A stretch of 41,610 nucleotides of DNA from an uncultured bacterium (GTDB taxonomy: Bacteria > UBP14 > UBA6098 > B30-G16): contig CBEVQY010000027.1 in NCBI GenBank assembly GCA_965552135.1, positions 1 to 41,610 on the forward strand, given 5' to 3'. This document shows, in pieces, positions 1 to 9,430 of this stretch. The notes under the pieces are model-generated. The model was not told where the DNA came from. It saw nothing but the letters and a program-made list of their open reading frames with translations, and ran no database searches. The position numbers and the translations under genes were made by a program. The stretch's first letter is position 1, and the number at the start of each line of letters is the position of its first letter.

Positions 1-771
1 TACGTCCGCAGGCAGAAGGGCAAACTCTACGTGACCGAGCTCGGCAAGAAGGTCTACGAGGTTCTGCTGATGCTCTTCCCCGACAAATTCGAGGAGAAGT
101 TCACGGCTCGTATGGAGGAGGAGCTCGACGCCGTAGAGCGCGGCGAGAAGAGCTGGCAGCAGGTCCTCAGGGAGTTTTACGACTCCTTCAGCAGGGAGCT
201 TGAGGGCGTTGAGCGCAACAGCTCGAGGATCAAAGCTTCGCTTGTGGAGGAGGTGGGTCGACGCTGCCCGCTTTGTGGTGCTCCGCTTGTGGTCAGATGG
301 GGGAGGTACGGGAGGTTCATCGCCTGCACGAACTTCCCTGAGTGCAGGTACACCGAGCCTTTCGACGAGGAGGAGAGGAGGCGGCGCGCCCAAACGACCA
401 AGCTCGACGAGAAATGCCCCCAGTGTGGCGCAACGCTCCTTGTGAGGCGTAACCGACACGGCGGGAGGTTTATATCCTGCTCCAACTACCCGAAGTGCAA
501 ATATTCACGACCATACAGCACTGGCATCCCCTGCCCGAAGCCCGACTGCGACGGAAAGCTTTTGGAGCTTACGTCGAAGAAGGGCAAAGTGTTTTACGCA
601 TGCAGCGCCGAGGGTTGTGATTTCGTATCCTTCGACGAACCACTCGCGGAGCCGTGCCCAAAGTGCGGAGCAAAGTCAACCTTTGTGAAGCGTGCCAAAA
701 AGGGGAAGTCTATATATTGCGCCCTTTGCGGCTGGAGGCGAAAAGCGGAAGAAAAAGATGACGAAAGCTGA
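1..771 (+). CDS. topA: DNA topoisomerase I, C-terminal part (5'-truncated by window edge)
   Basis: Frame is open from base 1 (YVRRQKGKLYVTELG...). Type IA motif FTARMEEELDAVERG is followed by repeated C4 zinc ribbons (CPLCG...GRFIACTNFPECRY; CPQCG...FISCSNYPKCKY; CPKPDC; CPKCG). Confidence 0.95.
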   Translation, partial: YVRRQKGKLYVTELGKKVYEVLLMLFPDKFEEKFTARMEEELDAVERGEKSWQQVLREFYDSFSRELEGVERNSSRIKASLVEEVGRRCPLCGAPLVVRWGRYGRFIACTNFPECRYTEPFDEEERRRRAQTTKLDEKCPQCGATLLVRRNRHGGRFISCSNYPKCKYSRPYSTGIPCPKPDCDGKLLELTSKKGKVFYACSAEGCDFVSFDEPLAEPCPKCGAKSTFVKRAKKGKSIYCALCGWRRKAEEKDDES

Positions 772-2428
772 CGCTTCTCCCGACAGACTTTTCCGATATT
801 CTCTATGGTGTATATTTGTTATAGCGTTTTTCCTGCGTTTTTGGGGGATTTGGGGCGATCTCCCATTTCAGGTCTTTCCGGACGAGCACTCCTTGATAAT
901 GGGGCAGGTTGCCAAGGCGGCTTTGACCGCAAACTTCGAGCCAAGGGCTCTTAATTATCCAACGCTGTATCCCTACTTTCAATTTCTGTGGCAGTCGCTT
1001 GCGTGGTGGGTTGGTCATAAGCTGGGCGTTTTCGTAGGTTGGCGTTCCTACTGGCTTTATTATTATATTGATCCCACCATTCAGTACCTTTTGGGAAGGA
1101 TTTTGGCTGCTTTTTTGGGTGCACTTGCCGCCGTTTTCCTGGCGAAAGGAGCCAGGAACGTTGCTGATCGCGACGTGGCGCTTATGGCGGGATTATTTCA
1201 AGCCGTCAACTTCGTGGATGTCAAGTGCTCTCACTCTATAACCGTAGATCCACCTGCTAACTTCCTTGCGATCTTGACGTTCTGGGCGACGACGAAATAT
1301 ATGTTATCTCGCAAAAACTTTTGGATTCTTCTTGCGGCTGCTTTTGCGGGCGCTGCGGCTTCAACAAAGTATAATTTCGGGCTTGCGCTTTTGATGCCGC
1401 TTGCCGTTGTTGCGTCCGAGCATTGGCGTTGTCCCTGGCGCGAGCGCATCAAAAATATATGGCGTGACGCACGCCTGCGGTGGGCTGTCAGGATCGCGTT
1501 GATCGTATTCGTCCTTTGTTCGCCATACATCGTTATAAAGCCGGTTAAGTTCCTTGAAGGCATAGGTTATGAAATATATCACGTGCGCACGGGGCACCTT
1601 GGCTTCGAGGAGGCGCCGGTCGCTTACATATATCACTTGCGCTATTCTTTTCCACAGGCGCTCGGCTTGCCGCTTGTGTTGACCGCGCTCGTCGGGCTTT
1701 GTGTGCTCATCAGACACAAAGCTTGGTTCGTGTTGCCGCTTGTGATCGGCTACTACGCTATCATCGGCAGCTGGAGGGTTATGTTCCACCGTTATACGAT
1801 TATTTTGTTGCCGTTTGTGTGCTTGGCGGCAGCGTCTGGAATTCGTTGGTTGACACATTCTATTAAAAGAAAACGGTTTTCCAGCGCACTGAGCGCCGGC
1901 GTCGCTTTACTGTGCGTTGTGTTCCCGCTATATAAGTCGGTGAGGTTTGATCAATTTATCGCAAGGGAGCCAACATATAAGCTCCTAAGCGAGTTTGTGA
2001 TAGAGCATGGTTACGAAAAAAGCGAGATGCTTTTGTTCGCCCCTTTCGGTCGACCGAAGTGGTATGATTTATATACTCTGCCATCTTCCTTTCTTCGCGG
2101 GTTTTCCGTTGACGAGTTCGTTCAGGCTGCGTCAGTGGACGGGCTTACGGCAGTTGATTTCGACCGCTGCACAGAAAATTTCGCGGCGTTTCGAGATACT
2201 AAACATAAGATTTGCATAGAAAGCGAGCTATACTCTGCGCGATATCTTAACGCTGCAAAGTATCACCCGATAAAAGCTGCATTTTACCGAAAACTTCATA
2301 CGTATAAGCCGTTTGTCGTTATAAAGGGGGAAAAGATTCTGCCGTGGGAGGAGTGGTCGTTAGGGAATATCCTTAAGTCGCCAAGGCCCGGACCGACGTT
2401 TCGAATTTATAGGCTTCCCCTTGAGTAA
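758..2428 (+). CDS. Integral-membrane GT-C glycosyltransferase (GT39/PMT/ArnT-like)
   Basis: ATG at 758 overlaps the topA end. N-terminal TM helix is followed by a PDE acidic motif, then many hydrophobic helices, a TKY motif, an RY motif and a soluble C-terminal domain. Visibly more AT-rich than its neighbours. Confidence 0.8.
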   Translation: MTKADASPDRLFRYSLWCIFVIAFFLRFWGIWGDLPFQVFPDEHSLIMGQVAKAALTANFEPRALNYPTLYPYFQFLWQSLAWWVGHKLGVFVGWRSYWLYYYIDPTIQYLLGRILAAFLGALAAVFLAKGARNVADRDVALMAGLFQAVNFVDVKCSHSITVDPPANFLAILTFWATTKYMLSRKNFWILLAAAFAGAAASTKYNFGLALLMPLAVVASEHWRCPWRERIKNIWRDARLRWAVRIALIVFVLCSPYIVIKPVKFLEGIGYEIYHVRTGHLGFEEAPVAYIYHLRYSFPQALGLPLVLTALVGLCVLIRHKAWFVLPLVIGYYAIIGSWRVMFHRYTIILLPFVCLAAASGIRWLTHSIKRKRFSSALSAGVALLCVVFPLYKSVRFDQFIAREPTYKLLSEFVIEHGYEKSEMLLFAPFGRPKWYDLYTLPSSFLRGFSVDEFVQAASVDGLTAVDFDRCTENFAAFRDTKHKICIESELYSARYLNAAKYHPIKAAFYRKLHTYKPFVVIKGEKILPWEEWSLGNILKSPRPGPTFRIYRLPLE

Positions 2429-4728
2429 TATAGTGCGCCCCAGAATGCTTGTCCCAGAGCCACGCCTTGGTCGTTTGCGGGATTTAGCCGCGGGACGAGG
2501 AGTTCGAACGAGCCTGCAAGCATGCGCCGTAGAAGGGTGAGCAAAAGTCGGTTTTGGAAGACGCCGCCGGAGAGGACGATTTTATCTGTGCCGTATTTTT
2601 CCGCCAGCTTGCGCAGGATTTGCGCTGTGGCGTGTGCCACGGTCAGGTGGAACCTGGCTGAAAGCACATCCGGGGTGACCCCCGTCGATGCGTCGCGCGC
2701 AAGGCAAGCTATTGCGGGCGCGGGATCCAAAATGATATCGTCGCCAAATGATATAAAATAGCTGTACGGGCGCATGCTTAATATATCATTTATGTCGATT
2801 TTTGAGGCTTTTGCTTCAAGTAGCATTGGGGCTTGCGCTTCGTATTCGTTTTCGAAGGCGATTCCAGCGGTCGCTGCGGCTGCGTCGAACAGGCGACCCA
2901 CGCTTGAGGTGAGGGGGTGCTTGCCAGCTGCAACCATCCTCTCCACCGCGGAGAGCTCAATGCTCGTCAGGTGGCGCCAGAGGGGGATGTCAAGCTTTCT
3001 TGCGTCGGAACCAAGGGCGACAAGCAGGTATGCGTAAGCCATTCGCGCTATCTTCACCGCGGCTGCGTCTCCGCCGGGGAGCGTGATCTGTTTCAGGTGT
3101 CCAACCCGCTTGCAGCGCAGTCTTTTGACGTCGGCGACGAAGAACTCGCCGCCCCACACGGAGCCGTCTGCTCCGAATCCCGTTCCGTCGAACACCGCCG
3201 CGACGACGGTGCCCTCGCGCAGGCCGCTTTCGGCAACAGCGCCCCAAAGGTGAGCCTCGTGGTGCTGAAGACGCAGAAGCGGCGCATCAAACCTTTGGCT
3301 TATCTCCTGCGCCAGGCGCGTGGAGTGGTAGTCGGGGTGGAGGTCGCAGACGACGACGTCGGGCTTTACCTGCAGCCAGTCGAGGAATTTATCGACCGTT
3401 TCGCGCCAGAAGTCCTGCGCCAGGGCGTCGTCGAGCTCACCAATGTACTGCGACGGGTATATGAACTCACCGTCCGAGACGGCTATGCTTCCCTTCATGT
3501 CGGCGCCTGCGGCAAGCACGCGTGCACCAGCACGCGGAAGCGGGTATCTTTCGGGCACAAAGCCCCGGGCGCGCCTTATGAGGTGCAGCTTGCCTCCAAG
3601 GACGAATCCGACCGAGTCGTCGGCGCGGTTGTGGATCCCCCTGTTGTGCCACAGGAATCCGTCGGCGATGTCGATGCGGCGGAAGGCATCGTCCGGGTCT
3701 TTAGCAATGGGTTCGTCGCGCCTGTTGCCGCTTGTGGCGATGAGCGCTCGCGGCGCCCCGAAGTGGAAGAGGAGGTGGTGCGCCGGCGCATACGGCAGAA
3801 ATACGCCCACGCATGCCAGCCCCGGCGCAACAAGCGGATGCACAAGCCCGCTTTCCTTCTTCCGCAAAAGCAGTATCGGCGCTGCAGGCGACGAAAGAAC
3901 CTCAAGCTCGCTCGGGCTCAGCAGAGCGATCTCCTTCGCGACCTCCGCCGACGCAACCATGACGGCGAAGGGCTTCGTCGGTCTGTTCTTCCAGCGTCGC
4001 AGGCGGCTTATCGCCTCGCCGTCCGATGCGTCGCAGGCGATGTGGAAGCCTCCTATCCCGTGCACGGCGAGTATCTTTCCATCGCGCAGCGCTCTTGCGG
4101 CAAGCTCAAATGCCTCCGGTCCTTCGGCAACGACGGAGGGCCTCCCGCTTTCGTCTCTGACTGTGAAGAAGTACTGCGGTCCGCAGTCCGGGCACGCGAT
4201 GGGCTGCGCGTGGTAACGCCTGTCAGACGGATCCTCGTACTCTGATCTGCACCTCGGGCACATCGCGAAGACCGACATAGTCGTGTTCGGTCGGTCGTAC
4301 GGCATCGCGCGGACTATGGTGAAGCGTGGGCCGCAGTTGGTGCAGTTTATCATTGGGTAGAGGTAGCGTCTGTCTTGTGGGTCGAACATTTCCTTCAGGC
4401 ATTCGCTGCACACGGCGAGGTCGGGGGGCACAAGTCCGACCCTTTGCGCCGTCACCGAGGCGACTATCTCGAAGTCGCGCAGGTCGTCCTGTGGGGGGAC
4501 GCGCTCGACCGTAAGCTCCTCTATCTTCGCCGCCGGCGGGAGCTCCTGCGCAAGCGCCGACATGAAGCTTTCCACCGAAGCGCGCTCGCCCTGAAGCCTT
4601 ACCAGAACGCCCCAGCTCTCGTTGCGGACAAAGCCGCTTAGACCGTTCCTCTTGGCAAGGCGCCAGATAAACGGCCTGAATCCAACGCCCTGAACAACGC
4701 CGCGTATCCTAAGCACAAGCGATTCCAT
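2407..4728 (-). CDS. hypF: Carbamoyltransferase HypF ([NiFe]-hydrogenase maturation)
   Basis: Acylphosphatase-like GVVQGVGFRPF, two CxxC-x18-CxxC zinc fingers (CSEC/CTNCGPRF, CPRC/CPDCGP), YrdC-like GIGGFH and TSGN, Kae1-like DLHPDY, QHHEAH, FDGTGFG and SSVGRLFDA. Confidence 0.97.
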   Translation of the reverse strand: MESLVLRIRGVVQGVGFRPFIWRLAKRNGLSGFVRNESWGVLVRLQGERASVESFMSALAQELPPAAKIEELTVERVPPQDDLRDFEIVASVTAQRVGLVPPDLAVCSECLKEMFDPQDRRYLYPMINCTNCGPRFTIVRAMPYDRPNTTMSVFAMCPRCRSEYEDPSDRRYHAQPIACPDCGPQYFFTVRDESGRPSVVAEGPEAFELAARALRDGKILAVHGIGGFHIACDASDGEAISRLRRWKNRPTKPFAVMVASAEVAKEIALLSPSELEVLSSPAAPILLLRKKESGLVHPLVAPGLACVGVFLPYAPAHHLLFHFGAPRALIATSGNRRDEPIAKDPDDAFRRIDIADGFLWHNRGIHNRADDSVGFVLGGKLHLIRRARGFVPERYPLPRAGARVLAAGADMKGSIAVSDGEFIYPSQYIGELDDALAQDFWRETVDKFLDWLQVKPDVVVCDLHPDYHSTRLAQEISQRFDAPLLRLQHHEAHLWGAVAESGLREGTVVAAVFDGTGFGADGSVWGGEFFVADVKRLRCKRVGHLKQITLPGGDAAAVKIARMAYAYLLVALGSDARKLDIPLWRHLTSIELSAVERMVAAGKHPLTSSVGRLFDAAAATAGIAFENEYEAQAPMLLEAKASKIDINDILSMRPYSYFISFGDDIILDPAPAIACLARDASTGVTPDVLSARFHLTVAHATAQILRKLAEKYGTDKIVLSGGVFQNRLLLTLLRRMLAGSFELLVPRLNPANDQGVALGQAFWGALYYSRGSL

Positions 4729-4737
4729 ATCCTTCGG

Positions 4738-5361
4738 TTAGAAGATGGCGGCAAGCTCGTCCTCGCTTGGTGCGTTGTTCCGCCCCAAGAGGCGCTCGAC
4801 GTATTTCCCGAGCACGTCGAACTCCACGTTGACCTCGTCCCCGGGGGATTTGAGCCGAAGCGTCGTTCTGGATAGCGTTTCGGGGATTATGATCGTCTCG
4901 AACCAGCCTTCGCCGCAGCGGGAGACGGTGAGGCTTATGCCGTCCACGGCGACTGAGCCCTTCTCCACGACGTAGCGCGAAAACCTCCGTGGGTGCTCCA
5001 CGCGCAGCAGCTTCTGGACGCCCGCGGGATCGAACCGCGCTATCCTGCCGCGGCAGTCGACGTGTCCGAGAACTATGTGCCCGTCGAGGCGGGAGGACGG
5101 AGTGAGGGGGAGCTCCAGGTTCACCTTCGCGCCCACTTTGATTCTGCCAAGCGTTGTGCGATTTGCCGTCTCCTCGGATACGACGAAGAACGCCCTTTGT
5201 GCGTTGATCTCTTCGACCGAGAGGCACGCGCCGTCGACGGCAACGCTGTCGCCAGGCGAAAGACCCAGAAGTCCGTCGCTCTCTACGCCGATGCGCAAGG
5301 CGCCGCCCATGCGCTCAACCGAAAAGACCTCGCCGATGTGTCTTATAAGACCTGTGAACAT
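4738..5361 (-). CDS. ribE: Riboflavin synthase (alpha chain)
   Basis: N-terminal MFTGL; duplicated lumazine-binding barrels (GDSVAVDGACLSV / KGSVAVDGISLTV); GHIVLGHVD; VNVEFD. Confidence 0.96.
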   Translation of the reverse strand: MFTGLIRHIGEVFSVERMGGALRIGVESDGLLGLSPGDSVAVDGACLSVEEINAQRAFFVVSEETANRTTLGRIKVGAKVNLELPLTPSSRLDGHIVLGHVDCRGRIARFDPAGVQKLLRVEHPRRFSRYVVEKGSVAVDGISLTVSRCGEGWFETIIIPETLSRTTLRLKSPGDEVNVEFDVLGKYVERLLGRNNAPSEDELAAIF

Positions 5362-5364
5362 AAC

Positions 5365-6876
5365 CTATCGTGCCAGCTTAAGCAGCTTTACCGCCTCGCG
5401 GAAGCCCGATTCCGTTCGCAGCGTGGCGATGTATACCCCATCGGGGATGTCGTTGGCTTTCCAGCCCACCGTTTTGGCGCCACCGGCGACGAAGACGTTG
5501 AAGTGCGCCACCCTTTTCCCGCGGACGTCGCGCACGTCGATGTATCCGCCGAATGGGTCGGGCATCTGCGCCGTGAGGAAGACGACGTCGTCGAAGGGGT
5601 TCGGCTGGACATCCAGCGCAGCGCACCTGCCAAGCGAGTCGAAGCTTAGGGCGACGACGTCCATTTCATCGAAAAGCTCGGAGAGCTTTGCGAACTCAGA
5701 GCCTACAACGAGGAACCCACCGCCCTTGGTGGGGACGAGTTTGTGGTCTGTGAGGGCGGGGGAGTATTCGCGCTCAAGCGTTTGACGCCATTTGAACTCG
5801 CCCCAGGGGCTTATCCTTGCGATGGCGAAGGCTCTTGCACGCACTCCGGGCGCGATGAGGCTCAAGCCCAAAAGCGGGCAGAGGTATGTGAGGATCACGA
5901 GGTCTCCTGCTTGGGTCGCGCCGGCTTCGATGAAGGGGATGCTCAGCTCATCATCTGTGTACTGGATGAACCTTCGCCACAGCGGCAGACCAGTGGAGCT
6001 TGTTCTCATGACGAATGCGCCCGTGGTGTCGCCCTCGACTTGACCGGCTATGTAGTATGAGCCGTGCAGCGCGCGCCAGATGTGGTTTGCTGCGCTCTGC
6101 CCGCCGAGGTCGTAAGCTCTGGCGAGGACGGGGTTTCCGTCGCGGTCGGTTCGGACGAGCCAGGCGCGTTGCTCAAGGTCTTCGGGTGCGGCGTAGCCGA
6201 CGAAAAGATATCCGTCGTCCGCTTCGGCGGCGCTCGAGAAGCCGAAGTCGCCCGGACCGTCGCCGTACTCCCTGTACCAGATGACCTCGCCTGTGGGGTC
6301 AAGCTTGGCGGCGAAGGCGCGCTCGCCTATGTCACCACGCTGAACGCAACCAACAACCAAGACAAAGCCGCCGCTTATGGCCAAAGCCGATTCCACGGCT
6401 TTGATGGAGAAGCCTGTGCGCTCCAGCGAGTCCGGCGCAAAAGACCTTGCCCACTCCATCCCGCCGTTGTCCTTAACCTTGAAGTATACGATGCGCTCGC
6501 TTTCGTCGGGTGTCACACCGATCCCGAAGACTACACAGCCCCTCCCGCAGGGGGAGGCGCAGAGGGGTGTGATCCTCAGTGAGAGCTCATCCGGCAGGTC
6601 GAGCCTTCTTGAGGGCGGCAGAGGCCACCTCGACGCGTCGAGGGCGAAATAGTTCCACCACACCCTTTCGCAGTCGTCGTCGAGTCGGAGGACGAAGAGC
6701 CTCCACGTGTCGGTCTCGTCGTGCGACCAGCCCACGGCGAAGCAACCCTTTTTTGCCAGCGCCACGTCGCACAAAAGCTCGGAGGCTCCGTCGTCGAAGG
6801 TTTTCGTCCAGCCGGCAAGGGCGACGACGGGCAGCACCATCGCGACGAAAACCAACCTTTTAAAGTCCCCACGCAT
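5365..6876 (-). CDS. Secreted beta-propeller-like repeat protein with T9SS type-A-like C-terminal domain
   Basis: Signal peptide MRGDFKRLVFVAMVLPVVALA; repeated (K/R)xDxxGxxxW...Y units; C-terminal QPNPF...DVRGKRV...W...PDGVYIA...KLLKLAR. Start overlaps the upstream stop (TGATG). Confidence 0.7.
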   Translation of the reverse strand: MRGDFKRLVFVAMVLPVVALAGWTKTFDDGASELLCDVALAKKGCFAVGWSHDETDTWRLFVLRLDDDCERVWWNYFALDASRWPLPPSRRLDLPDELSLRITPLCASPCGRGCVVFGIGVTPDESERIVYFKVKDNGGMEWARSFAPDSLERTGFSIKAVESALAISGGFVLVVGCVQRGDIGERAFAAKLDPTGEVIWYREYGDGPGDFGFSSAAEADDGYLFVGYAAPEDLEQRAWLVRTDRDGNPVLARAYDLGGQSAANHIWRALHGSYYIAGQVEGDTTGAFVMRTSSTGLPLWRRFIQYTDDELSIPFIEAGATQAGDLVILTYLCPLLGLSLIAPGVRARAFAIARISPWGEFKWRQTLEREYSPALTDHKLVPTKGGGFLVVGSEFAKLSELFDEMDVVALSFDSLGRCAALDVQPNPFDDVVFLTAQMPDPFGGYIDVRDVRGKRVAHFNVFVAGGAKTVGWKANDIPDGVYIATLRTESGFREAVKLLKLAR

Positions 6877-9428
6877 CACTGGAAGTCGAAGCCCCAGCTG
6901 AAAAATAAGTAATTAGTTTTCATATTTGTCAACCCCCACGTAAGCTTGAGTGGACCTAAGGGGGTTTCGAGTCCTATGCCGGCGCCTGCTCCCCAAACCG
7001 TCTTGGCGACCTCGGGCGGCAGGTCCTTCGCCCAGAGGTTCCCCATCGATGCGCCCAGGAGGATGTAGAGGCGCTTGAGTCGCTTTCGCAGGTTTATGCG
7101 CACGTTTGCTCCGGCGTTGATGATGTCGTCGCCCACAAGCTCATCTCCGCGCAGCCCCCAGAAGCGCTCGCCTGTGCCGATGCAAAAGCGCTCGAAGAAG
7201 GGCGGCGTGCCCGAAATATGCCCACCGAGAACCCACGGGTGGACGGTCAAAAACCCGAAGGTGTGGTAGGCGCCTAAGTGTGCGAAGAACTTGCTGAATG
7301 AGGTTTGACCGCCCAGAATGTCCTGGCTCATCTCGAAGGAGAGGTGGTAGTAGCTTCCCGAGGTGGGGAACTGCCTTTTGTCGTAGGTGTCGACCAGGGA
7401 GCTTACGCGCAGCTTGTGCATCGTGTAGTGTTTGATTGGTCCGCTCTCCTCTGCGACGGGGCTTGTTCGGATGCGACGGGTCGCAAGCTCACCCCAAAGC
7501 GTGCCAAACCTCTTGAGCTGATGCCCGAGCGCAAAGGCGGCGCCGTAGTGCTCTATCCAGTAGCCACCCGTGATCTCAAAGTTCTCAAATTCGTCGAACC
7601 GATACCTTCTGTACCCTGCCGAGATGGAGCCAGTGAAAAGCGTTTTCCATATCCTGTCGGCGCCCAGCGATATGTTTGCGTTCTGTCGTCGTTCACCTGC
7701 CCATCCTTCCACCGCGAGGCGCAGCGCTGTGCCGAAGAGGTTTTCGTCGAATATCCCCAGGGCGACTTCTGCCTTGCTGATGCGGTCGTATCTTGCGCCC
7801 ACGCGCACCGCAAACCGTGGCTTCTCCGAAACCTTCACCGTCAAAACGACACCGCTGTCGGAAGGAGCGAGGTCGTAGTTCACCCAGTTGAACAGTCCGG
7901 ATGAGTATAGCGCATCGATCCCCGACTTAACCTTGCCCAGGTCGAAGATTTCGCCCTCGCCGATCCCCAGGCGGCACTCGATGACCCAGCGGCGCGTGAG
8001 GTCGTTGCCGCTTGTTCGCACCGACGCTATCCTCCCCGGATCTATTTGGGCGACGAGCGTTTCGCCAACGACCACAGCGGACTCGAGCCTGGCTATGGCG
8101 AAGCCGCGCTGCCGAAGAAGCTGCACGAACGAGTCAACAAGCGCGCACACCTGCCCGAATGTCGGCGAGTCTGTGCGGAGGAGTTTGTTCCCGCCGGGCA
8201 TGCCGTCGACCCTCAGGAACTTCACTTCGGGCGCGGGCGTGCACGTTATGCGCAAAACACGCGGCGACGAGGACGAAAGCGAACAGCTTATCTCCCTCGC
8301 CCAGCTTCCGCGCGCAAGCTCCTCGAGCTGGCTTCGCAGTTTACCGGAGGAAATCTCACCCTTACCTATGGGCATCTCGTCCCAGGCGCATGCCCCCTCC
8401 ACCTCGACGGAGTCTATGTGCAGGGTTTGCGCTAAGGCCGTTTTGTGTTTGAGGCTGTCCAGCACCCTGAGCGCCGCGCGTCTTCCGGCGGATATCAGTG
8501 CATCTACGTCCGAGAAGTCGGTGGAGCGTTTGGGACCGAGCGCGGGCTCGATCCATATGTCGGCAAGCGCCCTTTCTTTTGCTATCACGTCCTGCTGCAT
8601 GATGGTGGTTGCCTGTTCTGCGACGGCTGCGGGGTCGCTTAGCTTTTCGCGCGGCAGGAGGGAGGCGGTGGTGTTTACGGCGATTATCGTCCTGCATCCC
8701 AGCGAGCGCGCGACCTCAACGGGAACGGGCATTTTAAGACCGCCGTCGACCGCGACGATGCTCTCCACCGGGAACGGCAGGAAAAGAAGCGGCACCCCTA
8801 CCGACGCCCTTATCGCCTCCCCGAGGTTCCCGCGCGAGAGCACAACGACCTCCCCGCTGGCTATGTCCGTCACCACGCTCCGGAACCTGCGGGGGAGCTT
8901 GTCGAAATCGCCTTCGGCGAGGATCGACGCGGGAGCCGTAAGCTCTGAGAGGAAGTCGAGCAGATGCTGCGCCGAAAGGTACCCCTGCGGCAGGTAGGGT
9001 TTCCATCCGGCGAAGCGCAGCGTGAGGAAGTACTGTTCCGAGCTTTCGCGCTGCGTAAGGAAGAGGGATGTTCTCCGCGAGACATCGGTGAAGAACGGCG
9101 CCCAGTCGATGTTTTTAGCGAGCGACTCGAGCTTTGCGGGGGAGAAGCCAGCGGCGTAAAGTCCGCCGACGACGGCTCCCATGCTCGTCCCTACGACGAT
9201 ATCCGGCTCCACCCCCGCGCTGTCGAGGACTTGGAGCACGCCTATCTGCGCGAGTCCTCTCGCTCCGCCGCCCGACAGAACGAGCACGACATCGCAGTGC
9301 TTGCATCGCTCTCCCGGGCGCAAAAGCAACCTGTTGCCGTCGAAGAGCTTTATGTGCGCGGTGTAATCTCCCGCGGCGCAAGTGGAGAGCCAAATGAGCA
9401 CAAAAAGCTTTAGCCAAAGGCGTTGCAT
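6876..9428 (-). CDS. Patatin-like phospholipase fused to POTRA and BamA/TamA-type beta-barrel (PlpD-like, type Vd)
   Basis: Signal peptide; patatin motifs GGGARG, GTSMG (nucleophile) and DGG; POTRA-like GNDLTRRWVI...LYSSGLF...VKVSEK; C-terminal amphipathic strands with DKRQFPTSG and GxGLETPLGPL...FSWGFDF. Confidence 0.88.
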   Translation of the reverse strand: MQRLWLKLFVLIWLSTCAAGDYTAHIKLFDGNRLLLRPGERCKHCDVVLVLSGGGARGLAQIGVLQVLDSAGVEPDIVVGTSMGAVVGGLYAAGFSPAKLESLAKNIDWAPFFTDVSRRTSLFLTQRESSEQYFLTLRFAGWKPYLPQGYLSAQHLLDFLSELTAPASILAEGDFDKLPRRFRSVVTDIASGEVVVLSRGNLGEAIRASVGVPLLFLPFPVESIVAVDGGLKMPVPVEVARSLGCRTIIAVNTTASLLPREKLSDPAAVAEQATTIMQQDVIAKERALADIWIEPALGPKRSTDFSDVDALISAGRRAALRVLDSLKHKTALAQTLHIDSVEVEGACAWDEMPIGKGEISSGKLRSQLEELARGSWAREISCSLSSSSPRVLRITCTPAPEVKFLRVDGMPGGNKLLRTDSPTFGQVCALVDSFVQLLRQRGFAIARLESAVVVGETLVAQIDPGRIASVRTSGNDLTRRWVIECRLGIGEGEIFDLGKVKSGIDALYSSGLFNWVNYDLAPSDSGVVLTVKVSEKPRFAVRVGARYDRISKAEVALGIFDENLFGTALRLAVEGWAGERRQNANISLGADRIWKTLFTGSISAGYRRYRFDEFENFEITGGYWIEHYGAAFALGHQLKRFGTLWGELATRRIRTSPVAEESGPIKHYTMHKLRVSSLVDTYDKRQFPTSGSYYHLSFEMSQDILGGQTSFSKFFAHLGAYHTFGFLTVHPWVLGGHISGTPPFFERFCIGTGERFWGLRGDELVGDDIINAGANVRINLRKRLKRLYILLGASMGNLWAKDLPPEVAKTVWGAGAGIGLETPLGPLKLTWGLTNMKTNYLFFSWGFDFQ

Positions 9429-9430
9429 CT

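Noticed and set aside
2917..4245. Long opposite-strand ORFs (for example 442 aa here; also 7888-8997, 11608-12747, 24474-25874, 36544-37395)
   Set aside because: They are antisense shadows of well-supported genes, expected from GC-rich codon bias, and show no recognisable motifs.
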